Source: Podarcis cretensis (lineage: Eukaryota). From it: a stretch of 64,000 nt of DNA. Position numbers and translations under genes: made by a program. The stretch spans positions 62,372,001 through 62,436,000 of the forward strand of contig OX638154.1 in the NCBI GenBank assembly GCA_951804945.1. The letters run 5' to 3'. Below the pieces are notes generated by a model. The model was not told where the DNA came from. It worked only from the letters and a program-made list of their open reading frames with translations, and did no database searches. Positions 25,725 through 40,950 of this stretch are shown in pieces (the first letter of the stretch is position 1; every line of letters starts with the position of its first letter).

Positions 25725-28700
25725 TAACCATGGTGCCCCTAGCCATCAGGATGTGCTATATGGATAGAGTTGCTGTTTCAAGTGCCTGAAGGTTTTGGAT
25801 AGAGAGTAAACGAAGATTAGCTACCTTAGTCTGGTCTAAAGTGGTTTTGATTGCCTAGGAGTCAATGTGAAGAAGGAGCGTGGCTGTGTTTTGATTCAGA
25901 GTGAATTATATTTTAATATTTTGGGGTATAAGTCTTAAGTGTTCACTGTGTCTCATTCAGCAAGGAGCTATGCATTCTATTGCTTCATCATTTTAATCTT
26001 TCAACAATCCTGGTTTTGCATTGTGTGACATTTTGTATTTAGTTTGTAGGATTCATTGTTCCAGTCCACAGGCCCTCATCACCATCGTCTTTTAAGGTTT
26101 TAGATGACTTTTGGTAGCTTAGTTAGTTTTCACCAGTGTATTTGTGGGTGACTTAAAATAAAGCACTTGACCGCTCGGTTTCCAAGGAGTGAATAATTGT
26201 TTAGAAATAGCTCTTCAGATTGAAATAGAAAATGAAGAATGCTGCTTAGTTAATTCACAAAGACCACATATGTGCTTAGTAACAAGGTGAGGAAAATCAC
26301 TTGGTTTCTGAGTCATCCAAAATTTGAGGAATTTGCATCTAGGAACTTTAAAAAATACCTTATTCCCTGCTTAGTGGCATTCATAAATAAACTTTTGCTC
26401 TTAATAGCTTTTATCCCAGACGATCACAAAATAAAATGGCCAGTTGTGATAGAATTATGCTTCTTCCTGCAGCATTTTGATTTATTGGACATACTAACCT
26501 GTTACACATATAACGCTTCCTAGGTATAATGTTTTTGATAAACAATATGTTTATATTAGACATGTCTACTCAGGAGTAAGCCCCACTGGGTTCAATAGAG
26601 CTTACTTCCAGATAGGTAGGTATAAGAGTACAGCCTTATTGTCCTCTAAATTGCACTAGTATAAATCTATATGTAGGTCAACCAAAGCATCACAAAATAG
26701 TGTGCAAGCTTTAGAGTTCTTCAGAACTTTGAAAAGTTTGTAAATAAAAGGGGAAGCTGAAGGCTGCAGAATCATGACCAATTACATGAGGGCTGAAGCA
26801 GCAATGAGGTCAGGTCTGTCCGCCAATGTGTCTGCCCTGCCCTGCCCTTTCTTCCTCTTCACTTTCTCCTGATAAGCAGCAGTGACTTCACTGCTGAAAG
26901 GTTATTGCTGTGCCTCCATGCAACCAGGTGAGCCACCTCTTCTTTCAAAGAAGGCTTTTAAGGTGCTACACAGATATCAGGTGTCTCCAAGACCTTTAAT
27001 ATAAACTCAAAGCCCACCAAATAGCACTGGTGTGCAAGATGTCATCACTCTGAAACTTTGCATGGCTTTCAAAATTATTCAGACAGAGCAGAATGGAATT
27101 ATTTGCAGTTAATTAGGTAGCAAGTTGCTGGGAGGCAAGCATGCATTTTAAAAATGCTCCTGATAATTGGTGAAAATAGAAAGGTATTTGTAGGATCAAA
27201 GTTACATTAACAGCGTATTCAGCTGTACGCCAGCTGACTCTGAAACTCAAGGGCAGCCTAGACCCGGCTCCACCACAGTACTGCAGGGCCATAGCTAAAG
27301 TGGTACAGGCAGGCTTAACATGGGGACGATGCTCCGTCTCAGTGCTGCTGGTCCAGAAAAAGCTTTCAAGCAGTTACAGTGTTTTGGCTTTGCAAACATT
27401 TGTCCAGGCTAAAGGATAGAGCCACTTCTAGGGACCTTAGATCCAGTGCTAATGGGTATAGGTGCCACGCTTTATACTTTCTTACAACTTTTAGACGTTT
27501 CATCCTGCCCTGGAATTTTCTGAACAGAAGTAAGGGGCAAGATGCCCCCTAGAGTCTAGTCCTTGATCATCTGCAGCACGGCATAACTTTGGGCTTTTTG
27601 TTCTTAGTTAAACCAACTGATTACTCAGTGGGGCAGAACCTCACCGATAGCCTTGTGGTGGAGTCATTGCCACTTAATCGAGGTGGCCAGGCCAGGGTTG
27701 TGTAGATGTACCACTGGAATCAATACAGCACTTCCACCAGTGTGTCTGCACAACCTCAAACCATAATTGGCAGCATCCTGGTATTTGGCAGCAACCCCAG
27801 AGTTCTAATTCTTATGTGTGCAAATAATAGAAAGTACCAAGGTTATATCAAAAAGTAAACCAAAAAAGAAACTACTGCGGGGGTGGGGAGCAAATATGTA
27901 TCACGCCCACCTATTTTATGGATTTCTCAATCATAAACCCCTTATTTCAATAAAAATCTTGAACAGCTATAGAAGAAATCTAGAAAATCTTTCTGTATTT
28001 CTTCAGAGAGCATTTTCTCTGAAAAAGTTCTGTATTTTGAAGGTGTATTGGTCAGAAGGGGCATCTACTGTTTTCTGCCCCTGAAATGGAGGTTCCCACT
28101 GCATATTCTCACGTATTCGCTGTCTGTTGCTTCCATCAGAAAAATCTGGTGGCATGTAGCGAGGTTTCTGGGTGTTCTTTTAAACTTAATGAAAAGTGGG
28201 GGTAGGATCAGACACACTCCACTTCCCCCTGCAGCAACATGGATTAGAAAGAAAGAGAAAATGATTCCATAGGCACCAACTCTCTTAACCTGGGGTGGGG
28301 TGGGGTGGTAATTATCAGCAGAGGTCACAGCTGGGTAGGGAAGGGATAACATCCCTTCACCACACCACATCCCTTCACCACCCCTACTGATAATTAGGTA
28401 AAGGAAAAAAATGAGACATAAATGCATGCTACACATTAAGCATAACATGTAGTTTGACCCTGATTTAGCAAGTAAGTGTCATTGTTCAACATCATTGGGC
28501 TCAAACCATCTTGGAACCTTCAACAGCAATTTCAACCTAAGGAGGATTTATGCATTCTTATCCCTGGATTTCATGCTCACCTGGTCAGATTTCAAGAGGC
28601 TCCATTAAATTGCTTGCTGCCAATAATCATGCAACTTTCTAGACTAGTTTTGCATTTGCTCAATACAGTACACTTTTAATCTTTGTTATTTATTAATTCT

Positions 28701-31700
28701 CCCCTCCTTCCTCTCAAGATAATAGCCCCAGGCATGTGGAGATAAAAATCTTAGCCAAAGGTAGAGCTGACAAGCTGGAGAACATGTAATGGCCATAAAA
28801 GTTATAGAAGTGTATAGATGTAAATAGAGTTATCGAGGCTACATCTCTTGGCAAGACATGGCATATCTACACTGAGAACCTGGTGTATGTCAACATGTAT
28901 GTGACTGAAGATCGGTCATAGACAACACCTTCTGCCCAAACATGATGAAGCTATTTGGGTTTGTTGTTCCATGGAGGATGGAGACTTCCTGGAAATTAAT
29001 ATCTCCATGTATCATTACTTAGATTCATCCTATACTGTGGATATTCTCATAAAGGATGTGTGTGAATGCTTCATATATTATTGGATAAGAGAAAGAGGGT
29101 ATATGGATATTTTCAACAACTGAAACAAAGCCTAAGCACTTGTAACTTTAATTCCTACTCGCATTTGTCCCCTTTCCCTATTATCTCATGTATCCCTTTC
29201 CGTGTGACCTTTTCGCTGTCCACCTTTTTCTAGACTTTTCATATTTCCTTTCCTTACCAAATGCTGAAATATAGCTTGTAATCCTCTTGGGGCAGAGACC
29301 TGTATTCTTTTTGTTTTTGTTACTCCCTAAAGCGCTTGTGTACTGAAGGCATCCTAATAATAACGTAGAATGCAGCCTGAATTAGCCTGTGGATTTAGCC
29401 TAAAACATTACAGATATGCAAACACTTTCTGTGAACATGTCTTAAGCTTGGATAAAATTACCTGGCAGTCCAGTTTTCTTAAATACTAAAACACTTTTGT
29501 TTGCAAAGCACCAGATGCATGAACATGGCTCCACAATACAATCTTGCTGCTACAAAGAGTTGCTGAATGAAACAGCAGGAAAGCCATGGCTCTCATACAA
29601 AAAGGAGCAAGGCAAAGACTCCAGCAAACACCTGTGCTATAGAGAGCTGCATGTGGGAAGCTGAGCCCCATGGCAGTGCTCCTCTTGATTATTCATCATA
29701 GCTGTGATGTAGCCATCTGAAAAAGAGTGTGGGTTTGGCTATCAAAAGTATCAGCTGAGCAGTATGCACTAGTCCTGGTGTTTTATTGCCTGCTTTGTCT
29801 ATACTTATCCCAGGCAGATGAGGCATCATACCAGCGTTCGATTTAGGAATGGAATAGATATCCACGATTTTCTGCTCCAACGGCAAAATGTCATAAATCC
29901 ATTCACACATGCAGGAGGCAGATAGTTTCAAACAGACCTCTGTACTTCTAGCTTGTGTGAATCTCTAATTTCCAGCAGAAATATAAGCACTAGTCCAACA
30001 GAGCTGGAGCCTTCCAAAGCTCTTCTCATGCATTTTAACCCTTTTATGTTCCTCTTGAGGGGGGCACATTTAGTCTTGTGCCTTCTTCACTCAACTATGA
30101 AGCTTACTGTATCATTGTGAGGCAGTCACTATCTTTCAGCTTATTCTAACTCACAGGGTTCATTCAGGGAACTCAGAGACACCAGCAGCAATAGCTTAGC
30201 TGCACCAAATTCCACTAGATGCCATTTCCCTCCCAATAATAAATCTTTAAAGAGAAAGGTGCTGATTTGAAACATTCCTGGAAGTAACATCCAGTATCCT
30301 GAGAAATCTTATTCTGTCCTGCTCACTTCTTCCACTAATAACTTTAGCTGGTTGAAATTACTGACATCAGGAACCAGAATTGCATTCTCTTTGATCCCTG
30401 ATGTCTATAAGCTGGGGCCAGGCCACTTTCTCCTGCCTGGGTATTGAGATCTGAATTTTCACTGGCTCTGAATATCTGAGATGTTAAAAGGAAGATGGGC
30501 TTGGGGGCACAAACCAAAATCACCCCCCCCAACATTTCCCAATATGAAGGTCATCATTTGAGTCTTTGTGCACATCGCACCAAAATATGAAGTGGGTTTC
30601 TAATCATATTCAGTATCATGGTCCTGGAGTCAGATTGCTCAACTTCAGGCGAAGCTCTCAGATGAACCTGTAGGGCCAGTTGCGCCTGGTCTGAAGATGT
30701 GACACTGCTCTCCTCTGAGAAGGACTCCACTGCAGAAGACCCAGGAAAACTTGAAGCTTCCCTTCTCCATTGCAGTAGGAGATTACTGGAGAAGCCTGGT
30801 TCCTTTAAGGAAAACAGCATCTTGCAGCACAAGTGGGGCTGACAATTGGGCTGCACCTCCTGCTGCTACTGCTATATAAGGATTCAGTTTAAGCCCTGCT
30901 TCTTGCTGGAGGAACTTCTGAACATTATATTACCCACAGCACAGCCTGAACTCTGCCTTGTATTCATATCTGAACCTTGTCCCACCTTGCCTTGCCACTC
31001 TGTGGACTCTCAGATGAGCACAAAAACCTTGCTGTGAATGGTAAACAGTTTTTTGGGGAGATGCCTTTCCTCTTTTTTGGCATTGCATGTGGCCACCTTA
31101 GTAAATGTGTGTGATCAAGACTATTAGGTTATCTTGTCAGAGCTCTAGGAAGCAGCTTGTTGCAGAATCTGCTGTCATAGACCTGTTGACATCTTGTGCT
31201 TCCAGGTGGCAAAAAATAAGTTGCCTTCAGTTGGACTGTGGGAAGCTGAAGGACTAAATGAATGGATAGCATTCATTGCAGTATGTTGTTGACTTTTAAA
31301 AAATTGATGAGCTACAGTTGATGCTGTTCTCCTAAATTTTCATCCATATCCATAGTGTATCATCAGCACATGCCCAACTGAAACTATGCCTACCACTTTC
31401 AGAACCATCAACAAATAAAATGTCATTGGAGAGTAAACTCTGTATGGTTACCATATGTGGTTGCTCCATCTACTATTGTCTTCGACTGGTGGGGCCCTGA
31501 GGCTCAACCTAAATTGAGCCATCAACATTATTTTTTCTTCTCTTCGCTTGTTTTTTGAAGATAAGAGGCAATTGTAGGGAGAGAGGGTGAGAAACTGATA
31601 AAGAAAAACACTGTGCAAAGCCCCTGATATAAATGGGTATTGGGCTCACCACCAGCACCCACACTCAAGTAGCTGCTGGGCAGCCTCAGTACAGGTGCCC

Positions 31701-34144
31701 CCTCTGTCAGCTCCCTATCTTAAATTTCCTACAATTCCCCAGAATGCCTGAAGAAGCATTGCCCCAGTGCCTTGTGGGATGTAACTGCTACCTGCTCATG
31801 GGATAGGGACTGGAGTTCCACCAACGTAGGAGGGGACCCACTTTTCTAGTGTCCCCCCTCAAACCTGGAGTTCCCAGGACATAACTTATGTTTAACTGTG
31901 TCTCAGATGTGAAAAGTTTGAAGACTACTGAATTAAATATTATGACAGCTGCTGGGGAAGATATTGCTATAGGATTTGATTAGAGACTCTTCCCTGTTCT
32001 GACTTACAGTATTTGTGCTCTTACATTCCACTCTGCAAGCAAGACGCTGGCAAATAGTTAAACCTAGACCTAAATAAAAGTCAAGAACCGTGTAATTAAA
32101 ACTCTACCTTTATTGGATTTTAAAGAGTTGCCCTGTGACATAGGAAATATTTAGATGAGTAGCTTATTTAACTGATTTGTATGTGAGTGAACAGCTTAGA
32201 GGACTACTACCCTAAATTAACTATAAGACCACCCACTGAGATTGCCTCGTAAAGGATCCTGATTGCTTAGCTTCATTATATGCAACCATTCAATAAAATG
32301 CTAGATAAATGCATAACTAAAAGCTCTATTACACTAATAATTTGCGCAAAGATAGATGTGTGGGACACCATGCTGGGTTAATTTGTCATCCCTGCAGCAA
32401 ACTTCTAGAGATGGCCTTTTTAGTGAGGAATTGTGTTAATATGTTGTTCCACTGAGGACATGTTAGAGCAACAAGATGACTTGGTCCCTTAATCTTTTAA
32501 AGAGGCAAATATGCCCTGAGAGGAAAGTGGCAGGGAGAAGAATTGGGGTGATTAACAAAGTGGACCTAGATTTAAAGTTACCCTGACAAAAGAGACTAAA
32601 TTCCGCCTATATAAGGGAAGTGGGGAGGACAGGAAGAGCGGGGAGGCATTTTTTTTGAACACAGTAATAGGATTTCATGCATATCTAAAATAATAACATA
32701 AAAATTGAATACTCTTAGACCACAGTATTTAGCCTGCACTTTTGCTGATTACATATTCAGTTTCGTTGCTTTTCTTTGATCTGTCCATGGAGTTAAACTG
32801 TATGCTTTGAACAGAGTATTGAACTGTAGTATTTTATGCTAAATTTCCTTTTATGCTAAATTCTCCATCCTGCTCAGACATTCACACACCAAAGTCCATT
32901 ATTATATTTAAATCCAGAACCCATGTTTAAGCACCAGAGCTCAGGATTTCCAACCTCTCGTATTGACAGAACCATAAATCACATTAAAGTTAAGTGAATT
33001 ACTGTACCATGCAACTATAGCTGTAACAATGTTTATGTAGTATCAGCTTACCATCTGCAGAATGGAAGTGAGGAGAAACACTGATATTCAAAATGGGACT
33101 AGGAGTCCTAATGACTTAGCAGCAATCTATCACTCTGGATTCATTGGTTCCACTAATATACCCATTTTAGTATCAAAGCAGAATTCTATCATTGCACAAA
33201 CAAAATATGACATTATTTTACAAGTTTTTATTTAATACACTGCATTCAAGTGTGAAATAATTTATTTTTTGAATTTTTTTTGTTGAAGCGACTAATGAAA
33301 CCCAGTACAGACAGTCTGAATACGAGCCTACAGTACATAAGATATTTGGTTGGATTTAGACTTAGTCATGCTTAGTGCAGACTCATTGAAAACAAGCCAT
33401 GACTAACTTAAGTCCCATTGAATATTTCTGTATTCAGTACATCAGGCATAACGAACCTGATCTTTTTGATGGTGACACCCATCATCCCTGAACATTAGTC
33501 ATGCTGGTTAGGGCTAATGGGAGTTGGAGTCCAGGAACATATGGGAAGCCAAAGGTTCCTCGTGACAGCTATAAGTAGAAAGAGTATAATTTTGCAAAAC
33601 AAACAATTGCAGCAGCAGCAGGCCTTAATCTATCATGTTCTTTATTCAAGAGGTTGTCAGGAGTCCATTGAGCTCACCCAAATATCTGAACAATTCATTT
33701 GGCAATGCATAGCAGTTTCCATTTTTTCAGCAGAGTTTGTTACATTTTTATCCCATCCTTCTTCCAGAAGCTCTGGGTGGCATTAATGGTTCTTCCCCAC
33801 ACAACTACTCTAGCCTCTGTGGGTTGGATTTGGTTGACAGATGGTGACAGGTCAAAGGTTGCCAAGTGAGTGCCCCACTTAGTGAAAATTGTCTGATCAT
33901 CTTCAGCCTGGGCCCAAAGTAGCTAGTTGCTTTAAAGCTGAAGAAACAATTATCGCTTGGCAATAGTTCTTTGTTGAAGGCTACCATAGAATCTTGCTCT
34001 CATCTTAGCAGACCTCCTTCAGCTCTTTGCTTCAGTAATACCAGCTCCTTAGTTAGATCTTCGGCTTCCCTTTAGAAGTCAACCTCTGCTGCTCACTGCT
34101 TCCCCTTCTATCTAAAACATCTTGTGCATGCTAGGCACAAGAGG

Positions 34145-34501
34145 GTAAAGGTAAAGGTAAAGAGACCCCTGACCATTAGATCCAGTTGTGACCGACTCTG
34201 GGGTTGCGGCGCTCATCTCGCTTTATTGGCCGAGGGAGCCGGCATAGTTTCCGGGTCATGTGGCCAGCATGACTAAGCTGCTTCTGGCGAACCAGAGCAG
34301 TGCACGGAAACTCCATTTACCTTCCCACCGGAGCGGTACCTATTTATCTACTTGCACTTTGATGTGCTTTCAAACTGCTAGGTGGGCAGAAGCTGGGACC
34401 GAGCAACAGGAGCTCACTCCGTCGCGGGGATTCAAACTGCTGACCTTCTGATTGGCAAGTCCTAGGCTCTGTGGTTTAACCCACAGTGCCACCCGCGTCC
34501 C
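34145..34501 (-). mobile_element. Full-length Sauria SINE at its original insertion site
   Basis: (GTAAAG)3 tail and complete head. A 15-bp TSD AGGCACAAGAGGGTA lies at 34133-34147 (overlapping the tail) and 34502-34516. Confidence 0.95.
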
Positions 34502-36154
34502 AGGCACAAGAGGGTACCAGCCTCCAAATCCTAGCCCACACAGGCCTTCTTCCTCATTTAAACATGGTTGCATGGAGAAAAAACTTTGGAATGGGGGGAG
34601 AGTTAAAAGTCTGGAGAGACAGACTGTTTGCACAAGGGAGGGTGCAGAATCCCAGCTTCTGCCTCTGTAGGGAGAATTAGGCCATCCTCATTTGCATGTC
34701 GTTTAGGGTTAGAGAGCAGTTTAGCAAGGTATAGAGATAGACATGTAGAGGAGAAATGGGCTGACTAAGGAAGTCCTGGCAGAGAGAGAGAGATGCTTAT
34801 CCCCAAAGCACACACCCTCAGAAACCGTGAGTTAACCAGCTAGTCCCTCTCTTTCAGCCTAACCCTTTTTATAAGGTTGTTGTGAGTATAAAATGGGGTA
34901 GAGGAAATACGGGTATTCCACACTGAGAGCGCCTGAGGAAAGTGGGATAGAAATGTAATGAAATAAATGAATAAGATCCTAACATCATTCTGTGCACAGT
35001 CTTCATTTAGGTTGGTTTCCATATATATCAGAAAATAGTAGCATACCCTATGTCTTTTATTTACCACTACTTGCTCATCTGAATTATGTGTCTATAAAGT
35101 TACATTCAATGAACAGAAAGTGTGAGGCTGCAGGGTTTTTTAGGACTGCTGAAAGAGTTAGATGTAAACATTTTATTTAAGCACATTTGAATAAGAATAA
35201 GCTAGAACAATCTTTAAAACTCAGTTCTTCAGAGGTGCCTTGTTGTTAGTTGGTGCTTCTTTTAATCTTAGATTGGTAGAATGTAGGAAGAGTCGGGAAG
35301 CCAGTTGTGATCCACCTCCCATATCAGTCGGTGGCAAAACTACCATTGATTAATGGAGCTGGATTGTGCCCAAAAGCTTTAATTTTTTCAAGCTGTTGGT
35401 TCATACTTCTGTTCTGTACCTCTTGAATTGCATTATATATATAGAAGTTCAAGTTCCCTTCAAAACTCCTGGCCTTTTGCCAGCTTTCCTTATTAAAAAG
35501 TCACTCTTCTTATTTCTGATCAACACAGCTGTTGCAGAGCTTTCAAAGCATTTCACATCAGCCAGCATGGTGGCTTAGCCAATTAGTACTCTAATACGGT
35601 CATTTTTGAAAACAAGTACTTTCAGGGTAGAAAGGGTGGGATACATCTTACATAATTTGAACTGGCACTTGCTTTGCTTTAATGTTATGAGAGAGGTTGC
35701 AGATCACAGTGAGCTAAAGCATCTCAAAAAGATTGAAAAGGAAGTATCTAAGGAACGAACTACAACAATGTTTCCTCTTTAATGCCTTTTAACAAATACT
35801 TTTCAATTGTAATGAGGCTAATTAGGTCTTTTTTTAAAAAAAGGAGCTGATGGTACATTCTCATGCTTCATTGTGACTTAGCTGTTGCTATTTTTAGAAA
35901 GAGGAATTCATGTTTAATGAATTTGTTAATAAACTTAGATATATTTATCTGTATTGCTTTTATCTTGTACCTCTAAAACCAATAAAACAAAGCATCCCAG
36001 GGAATTATTCTGTCATCAGAACATGGGAATTCCTCATGCTTCCATTCTATCCCATAGTTCCCATAGTTATTGAATATTGGAATAGAATACAATAGAAGGA
36101 AGGCCTGACAACAGGGGTATTTCCACTGGGAGTCTGAAATTTGACCTGTATAAC

Positions 36155-36440
36155 TTCATGTGCCTGTGGAAACCTGCAAGCAAGACATGAGCACAACAGC
36201 ACTCTGCCCACCAGCAACTAGCGTTCGCAGGAACACTGCTTCTGACAGTGGAGGTTGGACAATAGTCATAATGGCTAGTAGCCGTTGATGGCCTTGTCCT
36301 CCATTCATTTGCCTAACACATTTAAAGCCATCCAAGTTGGTGGCCATCACTGCCTCCCGTGGGAGCGAGTCACATAGTTTAGCCATTCACCGCTCAGTAC
36401 TTTCTTCAGTCTGTCCTGAATCTTCCAGCATTCAGGTTCT
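36155..36440 (-). mobile_element. Older CR1-clade LINE 3' fragment
   Basis: Minus strand reads LCDSLPREAVMATNLDGFK, a decayed WNSLP..V.A..L..FK ORF2 terminus, followed by a CR1-like 3' UTR. Confidence 0.65.
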
Positions 36441-36446
36441 TTGGCT

Positions 36447-36451
<5 letters not shown>

Positions 36452-36485
<34 letters not shown>

Positions 36486-36508
36486 GAGAGGGAGAGAGAA
36501 AGAAAGAA
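36452..36508. repeat. (GA)n and purine-rich microsatellite
   Basis: Read directly. Confidence 0.9.
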
Positions 36509-37981
36509 ACCATTTCTGTATCCACTTTCTTCATGCCATGTATAATTTTATGCACTTGGTTACGTTGCATTGCATTTGCCATTTTATTGCTCATTCACTC
36601 ACTTTGGAGAGATCATTGTGGAGCTCCTCACAATATCTCTTTTTAGGAGGGGGGGGGACCAACAACACTGAATATTTTGTATCATCTGCACACCTGTCCT
36701 CATTGAGGTTCTGACTGTAGAACTGAGCTGACCTTGGAGAAAAGATGCTTCATGAGAGGGGGCAAATGGAGATATGCATGTACTCCTCACCTGTGCATCC
36801 ATATTCCTGTTGGCATTAGATCCCTCCATCATTTTCTTTCTAAGTAACCAGGATAGATTTGGGTTTAAACACACTGTATCCATCTGTCACATCAACTTTG
36901 GCTGTCAGTTTGAAGCTCTGTCTGCAGTATTGGAAGGGTAAAATACTGGCCTTCCGTACAGAGTAGTTATAAGGATTACAAATGTATATGAAGTAACCTT
37001 AGTGTTAAACAGGGACCTGATCTCGCGTTTGAAAGCCCCAAAGGCAGTCTCTGGCCCTCATCACCACCACACTCCACACAATGACTAAATAATCTTAAGG
37101 GCTGGGAAATTACATAGGAGTCCTTGGTAGGCCATTCCTCTTGCCCTATCACCAGTTTCCAGCTTTTTGGAACCAAGGGGAACCACCTTTGAATAGTAGA
37201 AAAGAAGACAGCTGAAAGAGTGTTCTGGTTGAGAAGTTGGGGAAACAGAGATTGAGGAAACCTCACCTGTTTTGGTATGTTAGAAGGTTTTGGAAGACAA
37301 GCACTGCAATGTGGGGAAGGTGTCATGCTTCCCACCTAGCACATGCAGAAAGAGGCTCTTAGGTGTAAGTCAGAAAGGGATATTTGTTCAGGGCAAGTGA
37401 CAGTACAGGCTCAGCAGCAGATATGGAGTTCAGGGGTCACAATTCAGGGGTTTGGGTATCAGAAATAGACTGAAACCATGAAGATGTCTCCAGAACACAT
37501 TGCTTGCCCCCACCTCTGCTTCCTGCCAGCCACTCCTGTCCAGCTTCCTTTAATCTCCCCATCCTCCACCAAGCAGATGTACAGTAGAGGAGGAGGAGAG
37601 TGGGCTGCTGAGGAAGAGGCAGGGTGGCATTTTCTATGACTGGTTGTGATGGCAGATATAGTTCCAGTGAAGGCAAAATGCAGAGGTTTGGTACATTAGG
37701 GTCAAATAGTGAGGGGTATTTCCAGAAAATGCTGCTTCTGTTACTTTCTCCCCCTCTTTCATCAAAACAGGTTTAAAATTATGGGTGTGGCTTTCTGAGC
37801 GTTTGCTAGGTGGAAGTTAGGTTGGAGGGACAAACATCCCTGTTTCCTATGATGCAAAATTACTGAATGAAAACATGCTGCAATATTTAAACAATAAAAT
37901 TTATAAATGCTTCCATAAAGGTCAGTATTGTGGTTACATTGGTTACCAAAGAGGAATCATAAGATTGAACTGAAATGTTTT

Positions 37982-38345
37982 ACCACTGAGCCTCTTGGGC
38001 TTGCCAATCGGAAGGTCGGCGGTTCGAATCAGTGTGACGGGGTGAGCTCCCGTTGCTCTCTCCCAGCTTCTGCCAACCTAGCAGTTTGAAAGCATACCAA
38101 TGCAAGTAGATAAATAGGTACCACTGTGGCAGGAAGGTAAATGGTGTTTCCATGCGCTCTGGCACTCAATACGGTGTCCCGTTGCACCAGAAGCGGTTTA
38201 GTCATGCTGGCCACATGACCCGGAAAGCTGTCTGTGGACAAACGCCGGCTCTCTTGGCCTGAAAAGCGAACAAGAGTGCCACACCCCTTAGTCATCTTTG
38301 ACTGGACTTAACCATCCAGGGGTCCTTTACGTTTTTACCTTTTAC
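37982..38345 (+). mobile_element. Sauria SINE, older subfamily, slightly 5'-truncated
   Basis: GGTTCGAATC, GCAAGTAGATAAATAGGTACC core and ACCTTTTAC-type tail. The first ~25 nt of the head are absent. Confidence 0.9.
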
Positions 38346-40871
38346 TTAGCCTATTATCCTCAGTCACACGTTACAGGTGCATGCTGCAGGTACATCTAGA
38401 GCTATAGTGCCCTGCGTGTTCTCCAATGCTTCAGCATCTCTACTCAATAATGATGCCTATAGCAGGTGGAGAGGTTTCATAAATGTTTGAACTTGTAATA
38501 GCTTTCCTTGTAAATGTCACTTCCTGAAAGTTCATGTGCAGCTGTTCACTTCATGTCCCGTTTAACAGGATGTGATTGTCACTTTTTGTTAGTAGCACAA
38601 ATATAGCTGTTGGGAATTCCAGCTGTTGCTGCTGGATCATTTCTGACATACTGCAATATTTTGTAAAATATAGGCTACACTGTGCTATCTTCTTCTTGTG
38701 CTAGGTGGCTTGTAGCTTACATAGACCAAAATTGTCTGTGCATGTGTGTGTGAGAGAGCATCAAATCCTTCCTAGTCTTTATGGTGGAAGGGTCTCAGTA
38801 GAGGGAGGTGCACTGTGTAATATTACAGAAACCTGGAAATTGACCAGCAGTAGCAGAGCACCTGCTTCACATGCAGAAGGTCCCAGGTCGGGCCAGGAAT
38901 GTCCCCTACCTGAAACCCTGCAGAGCAGCTGTCAGTGAGTGTAAACAGTACTTGACTAAACAGACATCATCCTGCAGCATTGTTGCAAAGCAAACATGGC
39001 ACCAAATTAGTCAGCCATGGAGTCTGAGCATACTGGGATTCTTATACTGTGTTATGCAGAGTTACAGTAGGAAATCAGAGATGCTGAGAAGTTGACAAAA
39101 TGTTAGTGTAGAACTGTTTATGTTAAGTATATCAGAGTGAAAGTTAATTCTTTATTTAAACAGATTCAGAGCAACCTTTTAAACTTTGTAATGATAATGC
39201 TCCAGTTTTACCGTTTACAAATCTTTACATTTTAATTTAGATACATTTCAACACTTATTTTATTATTTGACATCACTACCCCCTTCTTACAATATTGAGC
39301 TTTATTGTTAGGGTATCCTTGGTAATTATTTTTAATGACTTATGACCAGCATACCCTGGTACCGTAAGCCACTTACTGTGAATTATTTTTTATAATGGTA
39401 AAAAATTGTGCAATAAATCATAGGATTCTTTTGTTGCGGAACAAGTGACAAATCACAAAAATATATTAACTGCACCCACCCTGTCTTTCTCACCATACCT
39501 GCATACAGAGGTAGTGAAAAACTAGGAAAGTGGAAAAAACCTGTTTAAAGTAAGAACGGCACACGTTACACAATGGCTTAAAGGCATTACAATTTTATTA
39601 TTTTTCTCCTGATTAATGTAACATCTTTGGACACATTGTTTCACGTATATCAATATTCTTCTGAAAGATCTTTAAGCTGCAACATGCAAACATGGGGTGA
39701 TAATTTGTGGGATTTTAGGGTTGTAGCCAATGCTAGTCCAACTTGGAGTAGACATAGTGAATTTAATAAGCACGACTAACTTGTGTCCATTAATTTCAGC
39801 AATTGTACTCTAAGTAGAACTTAGATGACTACAACTCGGAGTTCTGAGTGTGGCAGTGATAAACATTTTATCTAGTAATGAAAATTACAGTTTCTCAGTA
39901 AAAGAAATTATTATTTGGTAACATATGATGAGGACTGTAGAACATACTCAATTCAGTTCCAGGAAAAGGAAAAGAAAAAAAGAAGAAATTCTGCAAGGTT
40001 TATTACCATTCAACAGTGTGGGTAGAGGAGCTGTTGTTTTAGCATTTGCTGTTTGAACACATACAAATAGAAACCAAACTATTCTCAGGATGTGGCTTGG
40101 ATATGCTGTACTTGGTTATGAAGCCTATGATCAAGACAGTGCTTATTGTCACAATTAGTCTGCACAATTACCAAATGAAAGGGCCTAGCCAAAGTCATGG
40201 CCCAATCCCTTTAGTTTGCAACTGGTGTTCCAATTTGTAGTTGAGCTGGATTTATAGAAACAGAAGGAAAGTGGAGTGGAAAAGGAAATTGATATAGTTG
40301 GATGGGCTTGTCAGAATCAGAGCAAGAAGCAGGGTTTAGCACAGCTTGAAACTAAAGAATAGATGGTGCCCAGGTGAGTTTGGAGAGTTGTACAGACTCT
40401 GGAAATGAAGCAGTTATGTAGTCTGAAATAATAGTAGGGTAAGATTTTAACATGGGAACATGTCTGAGCAGCTAGATGCTCAGTGTGGTAGATGAGATAT
40501 GCAAAAGGCAGCTTCCTTTTGTTCTAGCTAATCAGAAGTGATGTTTTAGGATGCTTGTATAAACAGAATAGCTACTACTGGCTGACTTTACAAAGTGAAT
40601 GTATTTTGGGACAAAGTCATGTTTAGCCTAGACAGCTCTTTTCTGGAGGTGGAAAAGGTCTGTACCTTCAGTGACCATGCAGGTTTAGTTATCTACTTCT
40701 ATTATAATCTGGGCTCCAAATATGTAGCTGGATTTCTGTCACTACTGAGTGTGTTGTAGCAGTTAGTATGAGCTATTTCTTCATGGGGAAAATAAATATA
40801 GGGTAGTATGTAAGTTTTACTTAGAGTAGACCAATGAAAGTGAATGTATATACAACTAAGTTAAGTCCATT

Positions 40872-40934
40872 AATTTCAGTAGATCTGCCATGAGTAAAAT
40901 GAATTTCAGTAGATCTGCCATGAGTAAAATGAAT
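40872..40934. repeat. Perfect 30-bp tandem duplication
   Basis: AATTTCAGTAGATCTGCCATGAGTAAAATG twice, followed by AAT. Confidence 0.95.
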
Positions 40935-40950
40935 ACCACTCTATGCCCAA

